Shown here one piece after another: positions 10,101 through 20,100 of a stretch of 64,000 bases of DNA. Both the position numbers and the translations under genes were made by a program. Within the stretch, counting starts at the first letter, position 1; each line of letters begins with the position of its first letter. Below the pieces are notes generated by a model, which worked only from the letters and a program-made list of their open reading frames with translations, was not told where the DNA came from and made no database searches. Source of the DNA: Myxococcota bacterium (GTDB lineage: Bacteria > Myxococcota_A > Polyangia > Polyangiales > Houyiibacteriaceae); NCBI GenBank assembly GCA_039030515.1, contig JBCCEA010000002.1, positions 1 to 64,000 on the forward strand. The letters run 5' to 3'.

Positions 10101-11108
10101 GCCGCCAAAAATAGCGAGCGCGTGCGCACTGCCGGAAACGTAGGTCACCCCGCCGTGCAGGGAGACCGATCGCCGAAACGCATCGAGGTCGCGCACACCG
10201 CGGGCGCTGAGGGCGGCGACCTGCCGAACCTCGCCGTAGGGGATCACCTGCGCCTTTTCTGCTCTTGGGGCCCTGCCAGAACTGAGGGCGATCTCTTCAA
10301 GTGCATGGCGGAGCTCGGTCGCACTGGGCCATCGATCGACGCGCTTTTTGGCGAGGCAGCGATCGATCACCGCCGAAAGAGAGGGGGAAACCTGAACCTG
10401 ACTCGAAAGCGGCCGCTGCTCCTCGTTCAGAATCGCAAAGACGGTAGAGACCAGGGTCTCTCTCTCAAACGGGGTCGTGCCGACCAGCGCCTCGTACATC
10501 ACCGTGCCGAGACCCCAGATATCGACCCGGCGATCGAGCTCCTTGTTGCCGGCCGCTTGCTCAGGAGAAAGGTAGCCGGGGGTGCCGACCACCTTGCCCG
10601 TGGTGGTCATGCGCTGCGCGTTGCGAATCGGCAGCGCGATCCCGAAATCGAGAATCTTGACGGTGCCGTCGCTGCAGTAAAAGAGGTTCGACGGTTTGAT
10701 GTCCCGGTGAACGATGGTTTGGGCATGCGCTACTTCAAGGCCCCGACACACCTGAATGCCGAGATCGATGACCTCCATCTCGTCGAGTCTCCGGCGTGCG
10801 AGCACACGCGACATCGGCTCTCCCTCGAGGAGCTCGAGCACGATGTACGGGGTGCCGGTTTCATCCTCTGCCGCATCGAGGAGTTTGACGATGTTGGGGT
10901 GCTGCAGCCTGATCTTGGCCTCGAGAAGGAAGCGACGCGCATCGGCCTGATGGGGCAGCTCAAAAACCTTGACGGCCACGGTGGTTTCGTCGCCTTCCGC
11001 TCGGGCTTCGTAGACCGTACCCGAACCTCCTCGAGCCACCTCGGCAAGCAGGGTGTAGGGACCTATCGACTCTCCAAGCCGGGACGAACGTCTCGAACGC
11101 ACGCTCAC
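7200..11108 (-). CDS. Second Ser/Thr kinase - STAND ATPase - TPR protein (paralogue of 3015-6953)
   Basis: VAVKVF, HRDIKPSN, DFG and GTPGYLSPE; Walker A GPLGAGKT; LIIEDLHWAD; GNPYL; TPR-like tail. The GTG start at 11108 was chosen by alignment with the paralogue. Confidence 0.9.
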   Translation of the reverse strand: MSVRSRRSSRLGESIGPYTLLAEVARGGSGTVYEARAEGDETTVAVKVFELPHQADARRFLLEAKIRLQHPNIVKLLDAAEDETGTPYIVLELLEGEPMSRVLARRRLDEMEVIDLGIQVCRGLEVAHAQTIVHRDIKPSNLFYCSDGTVKILDFGIALPIRNAQRMTTTGKVVGTPGYLSPEQAAGNKELDRRVDIWGLGTVMYEALVGTTPFERETLVSTVFAILNEEQRPLSSQVQVSPSLSAVIDRCLAKKRVDRWPSATELRHALEEIALSSGRAPRAEKAQVIPYGEVRQVAALSARGVRDLDAFRRSVSLHGGVTYVSGSAHALAIFGGTCTEGVEAPMAMQAAERCEHYANAVGVAAGSAMSQSGGPGGPAIEYADQASQEADSGVVVHSSAKDVLTRLESFYGQRWRSRLPHAPWTQPSRRDPISGRTSELRQLDAVIEAFAQEGRGDRLLISGPLGAGKTALRFEFERRLEAALAEVRVLRAQAHPTFKSRPFGLFRDLIRRCLPAAELLDTPDVKAHQRMLRDFALHSMPSTETELALFGLAALMGVPVAAIGSQVPVTNKTSHLLRAPVSSGGAEEISAVLRGFFDHVLQSKKLALIIEDLHWADPMSLTFVEELADSYADAGLVALLTARPELFDERSDFMAGLTVRKLALRGVSPRFLASFLETLPGAAQLQKEELHELCDQAEGNPYLAQALLGSRERTAERARPGVRMLPPEVFSAVQSRLDHLPFLERSLLRRAAVFGRPFTAREIASLGVADAPPMLDALVRRGILKSKARRGASVREYRFQSSLMHEAIYETLSPEARAEQHVRVAMLLGDGEDPSDEEIATHYERSGDHSRAADYFGSAAVRANRQGRPETVLTCTDKVLELDPSRISLYTLYLQRGRALHQLGRLDPAVVALDFALKHASNDLARAEVHTQRARYLRKAGQYSDAEAAARTALSSNYLPADRQLAAYAELALSFLARSKLDAADLVLVEALPMAQRELGSASGRYWMAQAQRHLEVGTFHSAERDLQCARQLFLQAEDPLGALESEWALAQISSSVGDRARAEALLTQINERAQAAGYRFLQGLAWLELAYVRMPACGSDEAPDSVRGSSISDPDSVRGSSNASIRNPSTSDAASLEGAANALAQAEAILAPSGAKAFCLELRLLRMQWRVASQAEVELEAVFEELLAIAESARQLGTQSLLARTHALSALWKCRQASGSALEEARSESLLALQIRDERGGLPRDEPRVFRAAIWCLEALGSTEEAEALSVRGRARIEAVIDGLRTTSSSPEALRALVKNW

Positions 11109-11287
11109 ACGTCCAGATCGTAGGCCTTCGCGACACCTGCTTGCAACTCCGCAACGAGCCAAAGGGGGTCACCAACCATGTACATTCGCAATTCCACCAA
11201 CAACAAAATTTTCTTTACCGGAACGTCAACGCCGTTCATCCTTTGCTGAAGCTTGGAATCTTTCGCGCCTTGGGCGATGCTCCGTCC

Positions 11288-11842
11288 ATGGAGCGGGATT
11301 TGGGCAACTACGCCTCCAGACTGAGAGAGATGGGACTCGCAGCGTTTCGGACAAAGTACACGAAGCCGGCGCTGGTGCGAAATCCAGATGAAGCGCGCTC
11401 CGGAATCTCCGATCGCCCGGTCGAAGACGTCACCTCGAGCTCCGAGTTCCTGCCGTCGGTCTCGGACATCGCAGACCGTGTGATCCTGAATTCAGAGTGC
11501 GAGGTGTTTCTTCTAGTTCAGGTCAAGAAACACCCGCATCCAGAACGCGTCAACCTGGGGCGTGGCTCGAGGGCCGATGTGCGCCTGCCGCACAACTCGA
11601 TCTCCAAGCTGCATGCGTACATCGCGACCCGTTCGGATGGATCGTTTGCGCTAGCGGACGCGGGGTCTCGCAACGGCACGTATCTTCGAGGCGAGCGCGG
11701 CGAAAAGTACAAGCGGCTCTTGACGCACCGGGAGTCACCACTTCATGACGGCAGCCAGCTTCGTCTCGGTCGATACGGGTTCGTATTCCACACGCCAAAG
11801 GGGTTTGTGGACAAGGTCGCGCGCTACGCAGCTCAGCTATGA
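11288..11842 (+). CDS. FHA-domain protein
   Basis: LGRGSRADV...SISKLHA...DAGSRNGT matches the FHA GR/SxxH/NG motifs. The gene is divergent from the kinase pair. Confidence 0.85.
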   Translation: MERDLGNYASRLREMGLAAFRTKYTKPALVRNPDEARSGISDRPVEDVTSSSEFLPSVSDIADRVILNSECEVFLLVQVKKHPHPERVNLGRGSRADVRLPHNSISKLHAYIATRSDGSFALADAGSRNGTYLRGERGEKYKRLLTHRESPLHDGSQLRLGRYGFVFHTPKGFVDKVARYAAQL

Positions 11843-11967
11843 GCCAGGCGGGAGCGGACTGAGCGGCCGCTTCGCTCGATCGGTGCGCGTCCGGGCACGC
11901 TCGGAGTCCAAGGCGCTTGGCCCCTGCTCTGCTTCCGGGGCGCTGAAGGCCTCGCAGGACCGCTGCC

Positions 11968-14900
11968 TTGCCGGGGTTGGCGAAGGACCACAGGCTCCGC
12001 TCTGTGTTTCATGAAGCCACAAAGCGCTGGTTCTTCAGCAACTTTCATGGGGCAACCGCGGTACAGGAGCAGGGATGGCATGCGATCTCCAAGGGGGAAC
12101 ACGCGCTCCTGCTCGCGCCCACCGGTAGCGGTAAGACCCTGGCCGCCTTTTTGTGGGCACTCGACCGGCTCTTTTCGTTTCGGGAACCTCAGGCAGAGGG
12201 CGTCCGAGTCCTCTACGTATCTCCACTCAAAGCCCTGGTCTATGATGTGGAACGCAACTTGCGCGCGCCTCTGGTGGGCATCGGGCATGCCGCCCTTGAG
12301 CTAGGCGACCCCTCCCCGCTGCCTCGCGTCGACCTTCGAACCGGGGATACGAGCAGTCGGGACCGCCAGCGCCAGCAGCGAACCCCTGCCGAGATCTTGG
12401 TCACCACTCCGGAATCGCTGTATTTGATGCTCGGGGGCAAGGCCAAAGAGACGCTGCGCACCGTGGAGAGCGTCATCATCGACGAGGTGCATGCGCTTGC
12501 TGCGACCAAGCGGGGAGCCCATCTCGCACTTTCACTGGAGCGTCTCGCGCTGCTCTGCGCCCGTGACCCGCAACGCATCGGACTCTCCGCAACCGCAAGA
12601 CCCACCGAAACGATCGCTCGGTTTCTGGGAGGGGATCGAAAGGTCACCGTCGTCGACTGCGCGAGCCCTCCCCGCATCGATCTCAAGGTGATGGTGCCGG
12701 TCGACGACATGACGCGCCCCGCCGAGAACCCGCTCGAAACCTCAACCGCCCCGGACATCCGCAGCGTTTGGCCGGCGGTCTATCGAGAGCTGCTCGCTTT
12801 GATTCAGACGCACCACACCACCCTGATCTTTGTGAACAGCCGCGGCCTTGCCGAAAAGATGGCCCAAAAACTGAACGACGCGTACGAGGAATCCTCCGCG
12901 CAGGAGCCCGAGGCGGCCACCCCTCAGCACGCAGCCGAGGAAGAGGCCTTGCCTCTGGTCATGGCGCACCACGGCAGCCTGTCTCATGCGCGACGGCAAG
13001 CCACCGAGGACGCACTCAAGGAGGGACGCATCCGCGCGATCGTCGCCACCAGCTCCCTTGAGCTCGGCATCGATATGGGCGCGATCGATCTTGTGGTGAT
13101 GGTGGAATCGCCTGGAGCCGTGTCGAGGGGTCTACAGAGACTGGGGCGCGCCGGGCATGGCGTGGGCGAGGTGAGCGTCGGCCGCATCGTGCCAAAACAT
13201 CGAGGAGATCTCCTCGAGGCGACCGTGATTGCAAAACGCATGAAAGACGGAGAGATCGAGCCGCTCCAGCTGGTGCACAACCCGCTTGACGTGCTTTCTC
13301 AGCAGATCGTGGCCACCTGCAGCGAACACACAGTAAGCGTGCAAACACTTCAGGACATGGTGCGCCGCTGCGCCAACTTTCAGCAGCTGCCGGACAGCGC
13401 GTTTTTTGGCGTGCTCGACATGCTCAGCGGGAAATACCCTAGCCAGGAGTTCAACGACTTCCGAACGCAGCTTGTTTGGGATCGAGACCGCGATGAGCTG
13501 ACCCCCGTGCGAGGCGCCAAGATGCTTTCGCTCATCAACGGCGGGACCATCCCCGACCGCGGGCTCTTCACGGTGCATCTCGGGCATGACGGACCGCGGA
13601 TCGGCGAGCTCGACGAAGAGATGGTGCACGAAACGACTCCAGGGCAGACCTTCACGCTCGGCGCAAGTACTTGGCGTGTCGTGGAGGTGACCCGAGACCG
13701 CGTGATCGTCGCTCCTGCACCCGGCGAGGTGGGCAAGCTTCCTTTTTGGAGAGGAGACGGTCCCGGGCGGCCCAGTGCCCTCGGACGCGCGCTCGGGCGC
13801 TTTGTAAGAGAAACAGCGGACGCCTGCGAACGCCAACCAGAAGCCGAGGTCACCGCCGCTCTTGAGCGGGACTACGGTCTAGATGCTCGGGCCGCCGTCA
13901 ATCTTGTCTCCTACCTGCAAGAACAAAAGGAAACTACCGGAACCGTGCCTACCGACAAAAGCATCACGGTGGAGCGCTTCCGAGACGAGCTTGGCGACGC
14001 GCGAATCTGTATTTTGTCGCCCTTTGGCGCCCGAATACACGCGCCCTGGGCGATGGCGATTCAGGCGATGCTGTCTCAGCGCGCCGGCTTTGAGATGCAA
14101 ACCATGTGGAATGACGATGGAATCGCGCTCTCTTTGCCCGACGTGGAAGAAGACTTAGACCTTGCCCTACTGATCCCGTCGGCCGACGAAGTCGAAGATA
14201 GGATCGTCGACCAGCTCTCGAAGTCTTCGCTCTTTGCCAGCGCGTTTCGCGAAAATGCCGCGCGCGCCCTGCTCCTGCCCAGACGACGACCCGGCAAAAG
14301 AGCACCTCTTTGGCAGCAGCGCTTGAGAGCCGCTCGACTTTTGGCAGTCGCCATTCAATTTCCTGCATTTCCGATCGTCGTTGAGACCTACCGCAGCTGC
14401 CTTTCCGACTACTTTGATCTTCCTGCGCTGCAGCAACTGCTCCGTCTGATAGAGCGCCGAGAAATACGCATTACCGAGGTAGAAACAAAGACGGCTTCTC
14501 CATTCGCAAGGTCCCTGGTCTTCGCCTACGCCGCCAACTATCTCTATGAGGGCGATGCTCCACTGGCGGAACGACGCGCACAGGCCCTCGCCCTCGATCG
14601 AAGCGTGCTGCGGGAGCTGCTTGGCGGGGACGAGCTGCGCGAGCTGCTGGATGCTGAAGTGATCGCCACCGTTGAAAGCGAACTTCAGGGCGTCGCAGAG
14701 GAATACCAAGCTACCCATCCGGACGCGCTGCACCATCTTTTGCGTCGCATAGGCGATCTTACGTCCGCCGAACTAAGCGAACGCTGCAGCGGAAACGCCG
14801 AGCAGTGGGTCGATATGCTGCAGCGAGATCGGCGCATTCTCTCTTTGCAGGTCAAGGGGGTCACCCGCTGGATCGCGATAGAAGATGCGGCCCTCTACCG

Positions 14901-16464
14901 CGATGCGGTCGGGTGGGCACTGCCCCAGGGCATCTCGAAGGCCCATCTTGAGCCTGCCCGCGATCCGCTCAAAAACCTGATCAAACGCTACAGTCGAACT
15001 CACGGACCGTTCACGAGCGGAGAACTGAAGGCGCGCTACGGAATCGCGCATCGCGTAGTAGATGAAACTTTATCCTCGATTGCGAAAGGCTCCGAGGTGA
15101 TCCGCGGCGCCTTCCTGCCCCAAGGCAACCAGGAAGAATGGTGCGATCGGGAGGTGCTCGCTCGAATCAAGCGGCGCACGCTCGCAAAGCTGCGCGGCGA
15201 GGTAGCGCCGGTGGACGCGCGGACACTGGCCCGGTTCCTGCCCCTATGGCAGGGAGTCGGTGGGGACGACCGCAGCCCGGAGCGTCTGGAGGAGGCCTTG
15301 GAGCAGCTCGAGGGACTCGCGGTTCCGTTTAGCGAACTCGAAACTCAGCTCTTGCCGGAGCGGGTCCCCGGATTTCTGCCCCGCATGCTGGATGACCTCG
15401 GCGCTTCGGGCTACCTCGTCTGGGTTGGCCACGGAAGCCTCGGCAAAGGCGACGGCAAAGTGGCCCTATACCGCCGCGATCAGGTGGCGCGACTGCTCGA
15501 CCCTCCTGAGACACCCGAAGACCTTTCTTCAGTTCACAAGAACATACTTTCGATACTTCGCAGCCGCGGCGCGTGTTTCCTCGGTGACCTCATCGCTGCA
15601 CAGCGCGAGACCTCAGAGGCCGACCTTCGAGCCGCCCTTTGGGACCTTGCGTTCCGAGGACTCATCACGAGCGACACTTTTGAGGCCCTGCGTCAGCTGC
15701 GTTCGGGAACTTCAGCCTCGAAAGCCCGTAGTTCAAAAAGGGGCAGGCCGAGAATCCCGGGTCGCCGGGGCCTTTCAAGAGCGTCCGCAAAAACGCTTTC
15801 AGGAGGCCGCTGGGGCTTGGTAGAGCATCTCATCTTTGGGGAAGTTCCGAATACCGAGCGAGTTCATGCACGCGCTGTGATGCTTCTTTCACGATACGGA
15901 ATCGTCAGTCGACAGGTTGCAGCGATCGAGCATCTTCCAGGAGGATTCAGCCCGATCTATCAAGTACTTCGGCATATGGAAGAAATCGGAAAAGTTCGCC
16001 GCGGGCACTTCGTTGAAGGCCTTGTGGGAGCACAATTTGCGTTTCCGGGGGCAGTCGATCGCATGCGGGCACTGCGCGAGGACGATCAGACCGTCGCGGT
16101 GCTCTCCGCAGTCGATCCGGCCAACCCGTGTGGCGTCTTTGTGCCCTGGCCCGATCCTTCTGACAACCACCGCGGACCAAGGCGGGCTGCCGGAAACTCG
16201 GTCGTGATCGTCGACGGCCATCCCGCCCTCTACCTCGAGATCAAGGCGAAACGTCTGCGAACCTTTCCCGCCGCGAAGGAAGCATCGCTGCTCAAACGCG
16301 CACTCGCGGAGCTGCATCGCCTAGCGGCACGGGCCCACCGAACCATGCTGCGGGTCGACTGGATCGACGGCAAGCCCGCCCGTGAGTCCCCCCTACTTGA
16401 GGCGCTGCGCGCTGCCGGGTTCGAAGCCGACCACCGCGGCGTGTTTCTCGAAATGCGCCCGTGA
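11968..16464 (+). CDS. lhr: Lhr-family ATP-dependent helicase, long form with C-terminal winged-helix/glycosylase-like domain
   Basis: APTGSGKT, SPLKAL, TTPES, DEVH, SAT, TSSLELGID and QRLGRAGH motifs in a ~1500-aa protein. The exact start is uncertain. Confidence 0.93.
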   Translation: MPGLAKDHRLRSVFHEATKRWFFSNFHGATAVQEQGWHAISKGEHALLLAPTGSGKTLAAFLWALDRLFSFREPQAEGVRVLYVSPLKALVYDVERNLRAPLVGIGHAALELGDPSPLPRVDLRTGDTSSRDRQRQQRTPAEILVTTPESLYLMLGGKAKETLRTVESVIIDEVHALAATKRGAHLALSLERLALLCARDPQRIGLSATARPTETIARFLGGDRKVTVVDCASPPRIDLKVMVPVDDMTRPAENPLETSTAPDIRSVWPAVYRELLALIQTHHTTLIFVNSRGLAEKMAQKLNDAYEESSAQEPEAATPQHAAEEEALPLVMAHHGSLSHARRQATEDALKEGRIRAIVATSSLELGIDMGAIDLVVMVESPGAVSRGLQRLGRAGHGVGEVSVGRIVPKHRGDLLEATVIAKRMKDGEIEPLQLVHNPLDVLSQQIVATCSEHTVSVQTLQDMVRRCANFQQLPDSAFFGVLDMLSGKYPSQEFNDFRTQLVWDRDRDELTPVRGAKMLSLINGGTIPDRGLFTVHLGHDGPRIGELDEEMVHETTPGQTFTLGASTWRVVEVTRDRVIVAPAPGEVGKLPFWRGDGPGRPSALGRALGRFVRETADACERQPEAEVTAALERDYGLDARAAVNLVSYLQEQKETTGTVPTDKSITVERFRDELGDARICILSPFGARIHAPWAMAIQAMLSQRAGFEMQTMWNDDGIALSLPDVEEDLDLALLIPSADEVEDRIVDQLSKSSLFASAFRENAARALLLPRRRPGKRAPLWQQRLRAARLLAVAIQFPAFPIVVETYRSCLSDYFDLPALQQLLRLIERREIRITEVETKTASPFARSLVFAYAANYLYEGDAPLAERRAQALALDRSVLRELLGGDELRELLDAEVIATVESELQGVAEEYQATHPDALHHLLRRIGDLTSAELSERCSGNAEQWVDMLQRDRRILSLQVKGVTRWIAIEDAALYRDAVGWALPQGISKAHLEPARDPLKNLIKRYSRTHGPFTSGELKARYGIAHRVVDETLSSIAKGSEVIRGAFLPQGNQEEWCDREVLARIKRRTLAKLRGEVAPVDARTLARFLPLWQGVGGDDRSPERLEEALEQLEGLAVPFSELETQLLPERVPGFLPRMLDDLGASGYLVWVGHGSLGKGDGKVALYRRDQVARLLDPPETPEDLSSVHKNILSILRSRGACFLGDLIAAQRETSEADLRAALWDLAFRGLITSDTFEALRQLRSGTSASKARSSKRGRPRIPGRRGLSRASAKTLSGGRWGLVEHLIFGEVPNTERVHARAVMLLSRYGIVSRQVAAIEHLPGGFSPIYQVLRHMEEIGKVRRGHFVEGLVGAQFAFPGAVDRMRALREDDQTVAVLSAVDPANPCGVFVPWPDPSDNHRGPRRAAGNSVVIVDGHPALYLEIKAKRLRTFPAAKEASLLKRALAELHRLAARAHRTMLRVDWIDGKPARESPLLEALRAAGFEADHRGVFLEMRP

Positions 16465-17062
16465 CGACCCATGCGCCCATGACGACCCGTGCGCCCATGA
16501 CGACCCGTGCCTGCCGCCAATCGTGCGTCCGTAGAGAAGGTGAGCCAAACGCAGCGCGATCTCCCGCGTTCCCGGCAAAGATCGCCTTGCGCCGAACCAG
16601 AGCCTTTGTCACCGGCAGGGGCCGTTCTGAGCGGCTCGGCGGCGGCGCGACAAGTCCGGAGGCAGACTCAAGCATCGCCCCATCGACCGGCAGAATCCTT
16701 GGAACCAAACCGAGCGCCTCAGGGCTCACTTGCGTGACTCGACCTTCCAACTCCATCGCCGAGAGCAACAACGTCGCGCCTCGCCTCGTCGGCGTCGAAA
16801 CCGCAGGCGGATCCAGGTGGGCACCGGATTCTCGAGCAGACTCAAGCTCCGGCTCGGCTGAATCTGGTGCGTCTTGCGCTTCGCCAACGGCCGATAGACT
16901 CCACAAAAGCGGAAAGGTGAAAAGGTAGACGCCGGAACCTCCAAAAAACCTAAGGCGGCCGGGCCGAAACGACCGGCGCTCCAGAAGCGCGAGATGCGTC
17001 GTGGTCCGAGCAGGGGCAGAACCCAGACGTTCGGGACTGCAGAGAGGCGCACCTTGGTTCAT
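16292..17062 (-). CDS. Hypothetical secreted protein; core weakly resembles small myxobacterial CglF/GltF-like proteins
   Basis: Signal-like segment LFTFPLLWSLSAVGEAQ, an acidic linker, then LSAMELEGRV..PEAL..VPR. The 3' end overlaps lhr antisense, so the boundaries are doubtful. Confidence 0.35.
   Translation of the reverse strand: MNQGAPLCSPERLGSAPARTTTHLALLERRSFRPGRLRFFGGSGVYLFTFPLLWSLSAVGEAQDAPDSAEPELESARESGAHLDPPAVSTPTRRGATLLLSAMELEGRVTQVSPEALGLVPRILPVDGAMLESASGLVAPPPSRSERPLPVTKALVRRKAIFAGNAGDRAAFGSPSLRTHDWRQARVVMGARVVMGAWVVTGAFRETRRGGRLRTRQRAAPQVGGTHGRACRRSSRPAAWFGGPVPLGDAAPRVRV
16453..16510. repeat. 18-bp tandem repeat x3 that includes the lhr stop codon
   Basis: ATGCGCCCGTGACGACCC / ATGCGCCCATGACGACCC / GTGCGCCCATGACGACCC. 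Confidence 0.9.
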
Positions 17063-17187
17063 TTATCTAGTATGGTCGAAAAACGAGGTGTCGCCGAGCC
17101 GATCCGGTACTTTGAGGCCCACAAAGATCCGTAAAGTCGCTAGCGAGCAGACCTCAGAGGCAAACACCACTCGGCGCAGTCCGTGGT

Positions 17188-20049
17188 CTAGGCAGACGAC
17201 ACGCCCGGCTGTCGACTCGATGGACCAGAGCGTCCGGCAACCCTCTCGAGTTCGCTGAGCGCCACAGAGAGCTCTCGATCGGTGGCGGCCACGAGCGCCG
17301 GCATCTCAGCAGGCTGCTCAGCTCTTGCGGCGGTCTCCATCTGCCCTACGAATTCGGCCACTTGCGACGCGCCGATGTGACGGCTCGCACCTTTGAGGGC
17401 GTGGGCGACGGATCGTATCGTATCGAGATCGTTCTCTGCTACCGCCGCATGCAGGCGCTGCATCCTCTCGAGGGCATCGGCACGGTAGGTGTCGATCAGC
17501 ATACACAGAAACTCAGGCCCTTCCCCATCGGACAAGCTCATCAGAAGGTCGATGGTCGATGCGTCGAGGATATCGTCCCGATCTTTGCCGAGGGCACGGG
17601 TTCCAGAAACCTCAAGTTCCGCGCTTGAGTCATCATTGCGGGATACGCCGTTTTCCTTGCGGGATACGCCGTCTTCCTCGCGGGGCACGCCGTCTTCCTC
17701 GCAGGGCGTACTGTCCTCACCACGGAACGCGCCGTCTTCCTCGTGCGCCGCTGCGGCAGGCTGAAATCCAGAATCCGATCCTTCGACGTTCGTCGTCGAG
17801 CGGCGACTCGTCCACTCTTTGATGGTCTTTCCGAGAAGATCCAAAGCGATAGGCTTGGTCAGATAGGCATCCACTCCCGCCCGAAACGCCCTCTTCCGTT
17901 CCTCGTCGAGCGCGTGGGCGGTCACCGCGATGATCGGCATCCGCTCAAGTCCCGCGCTCTCTTCGGTCGCTCGAATCTGGGTGGTTGCGGCAACCCCGTC
18001 GAGCTCGGGCATCTGACAGTCCATCAGCACCACCCGCCAGTCTCGATCCTCATCCAGGGTCTGTATCGCCTCGAGCCCGTTGCAAACGCACACCGGCTCA
18101 AAACCCAGAATCTCGACCATGCGAGAGATGACCTCGCGGTTGGTTGCGTTGTCCTCCGCGATAAGGATCTTGCCGCGACCCGCCTCAGGAACCGCCTCGA
18201 CCTCGATGCTATTCGCCTCAAAGATCGCGTCGGCATTCACGCCCCGGGAGCCCTCCTCCATCGCCTCGCGAACGGCCTGCTCAAAGGCCCCAAGCCGCAC
18301 CGGCTTGCTGAGGTAGGCGTTGACGAGGGAAAGGTCTTCTGACTCGGCAAGCACAGCCGAGCTGAGCATGATCACCGGCATCCGCGTCAGCGCCTCTCGC
18401 TTGCGAAACTCCCGCGCGAGTTCGAGGCCTGTGCGCTCAGGAAGGGCGTGATCGAGCAGGACGAGATCGTAGACCTTGTCGCCACGCTCGTCGATAAGCG
18501 CCAGTGCGGCGTCTGAATCTTCGGCCTCGTCGCTATCGGCTCCCCACTGACCGACCATCTCGGTAAGAACCCGGCGGTTGGTGCGGTTGTCGTCGACGAT
18601 GAGCACGTCCATCCCGGAGAGATCCGGCGCGTTGCCCACCTCCTCCATTCGAGCGACTCGAAACGGCACCTCGAGGCGAAAGGTGGTGCCGACACCGAGC
18701 GTGCTTTTCACGTCGAGATCCCCCCGCATCAGGCGGGAGAGGTGAGAGCAGATGGTCAGCCCAAGACCCGTGCCTCCAAATCGCCTGGTGATCGAGGTGT
18801 CTGCCTGAGAGAACGACTGAAAGACTTTACCCAGATCGTCCGGGCTCATGCCGATTCCCGTGTCTGCAACCGTGAAGGCGATAACGAAGTCTTCCCCTTC
18901 TTGGCGTAGGAGCTCCACGTCGACCGACACCTCGCCCTTCTCGGTGAACTTGATGGCGTTGCTGAGGAGGTTCATGATGATTTGCTCACAACGAAGACTG
19001 TCGCCCATCACCGCCGCCGGCACATCTGGGGCGACCCGGCACACCAGCTCGATGCCTCGATCGCAAGCCTGAGAGGCAAAGGTGTCGACCAACTCTTCGA
19101 CGCTTTGACGCACCCCAAAAGGCGCCTCTTCGAGTTCGAGACGCCCAGCCTCGATCTTCGAGAAGTCCAGAATATCGTTGACCAGACGGAGTAACGTGGT
19201 GCCGGAGCGTTGGATCGAGTTCGCAAAGGATCGAGCTCTCGAATCGAGCTCAAGCCGGAGCAGCAGGGTGACCATACCGAGCACACCGTTGAGGGGCGTG
19301 CGTATCTCGTGGCTCATGTTGGCGAGGAATCGACTCTTCGCCACGTTGGCCGCTTCCGCCAGCTCCTTCGCCTTCTGGTTCTGACGGAGCACGATCTCCA
19401 CCCGTCGCATAGATAGGGCGACTCGGTAGGCGAGTGCGCCTCCGATCACCACGATGACCAAAGCGATGATCGTGGCGATCGATAGGCTTCTCTGATTGGC
19501 CTGCTGGATTCTTTGGGTGCTGAACCCGGCGATAAGGACCCCCATGTCGCCGGAAGAAAGGCGGATGGGCGTTCGGACGTAGAGCGTGCTGCCGTGTATC
19601 TCGGTGTGGGTGAGCTCTCCTTCTTGCTTTAAAAGAGCGAAGTCCTCGGAGGGGAGGTTGTCGCCGCGCCTTTGAAATATCTTTCCCTCTGCATCAAAGG
19701 CTGAGGCCAATACGAAATCGGAATCCAGAGACAGACCTTTCAGAATTTCGGTCGCCAGCTGGTGATCCTCAAAGTCGAGCGCAGGACCAAAGGAGTACGC
19801 CGCCAGTTCCGCGGTCGCCTTGGCCTTGGTGGACAGCGCCTTGGTGGAGGTGGCTTGTTGACTTGCGGGAAAGTACCCGACGATGACGGCCCCGGTGAAT
19901 GCAAAACCCAGCGCGATGGGCAGAAAGGGGCCCTTAAGGTAGGCCCTTCGGGCAGCTACTTCGGAATCGAGCTCTTTGCGAGCGGCGTGATACGAATCGA
20001 TCGATTCGTCAGTTGAGTCCGCCAAGGTACGTATCTCCCTCGAAGACAA
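17188..20049 (-). CDS. Membrane-bound hybrid sensor histidine kinase (periplasmic sensor-HisKA-HATPase-REC-REC-Hpt)
   Basis: Two TM segments flank a ~140-aa periplasmic domain. H-box [27 protein letters not shown] and GGTGLGL; REC domains (VDDN...LLDH; AEDN...MDCQMP); Hpt AHALKGAS. Confidence 0.93.
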   Translation of the reverse strand: MSSREIRTLADSTDESIDSYHAARKELDSEVAARRAYLKGPFLPIALGFAFTGAVIVGYFPASQQATSTKALSTKAKATAELAAYSFGPALDFEDHQLATEILKGLSLDSDFVLASAFDAEGKIFQRRGDNLPSEDFALLKQEGELTHTEIHGSTLYVRTPIRLSSGDMGVLIAGFSTQRIQQANQRSLSIATIIALVIVVIGGALAYRVALSMRRVEIVLRQNQKAKELAEAANVAKSRFLANMSHEIRTPLNGVLGMVTLLLRLELDSRARSFANSIQRSGTTLLRLVNDILDFSKIEAGRLELEEAPFGVRQSVEELVDTFASQACDRGIELVCRVAPDVPAAVMGDSLRCEQIIMNLLSNAIKFTEKGEVSVDVELLRQEGEDFVIAFTVADTGIGMSPDDLGKVFQSFSQADTSITRRFGGTGLGLTICSHLSRLMRGDLDVKSTLGVGTTFRLEVPFRVARMEEVGNAPDLSGMDVLIVDDNRTNRRVLTEMVGQWGADSDEAEDSDAALALIDERGDKVYDLVLLDHALPERTGLELAREFRKREALTRMPVIMLSSAVLAESEDLSLVNAYLSKPVRLGAFEQAVREAMEEGSRGVNADAIFEANSIEVEAVPEAGRGKILIAEDNATNREVISRMVEILGFEPVCVCNGLEAIQTLDEDRDWRVVLMDCQMPELDGVAATTQIRATEESAGLERMPIIAVTAHALDEERKRAFRAGVDAYLTKPIALDLLGKTIKEWTSRRSTTNVEGSDSGFQPAAAAHEEDGAFRGEDSTPCEEDGVPREEDGVSRKENGVSRNDDSSAELEVSGTRALGKDRDDILDASTIDLLMSLSDGEGPEFLCMLIDTYRADALERMQRLHAAVAENDLDTIRSVAHALKGASRHIGASQVAEFVGQMETAARAEQPAEMPALVAATDRELSVALSELERVAGRSGPSSRQPGVSSA

Positions 20050-20100
20050 GGGTGTTCAACGCACATCAAGCGAGGCGCGATGATCAGCCATGCTTGAATA

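Noticed and set aside
3117..11123. Long plus-strand ORFs (3117-4541, 4812-5885, 9624-11123)
   Set aside because: These are antisense shadows of the high-GC kinase genes with no domain motifs.
11141..11287. N-terminal extension of the FHA ORF and overlap with the kinase ORF start at 11162
   Set aside because: This is AT-rich intergenic-like sequence; starts at 11288 and 11108 remove the overlap.
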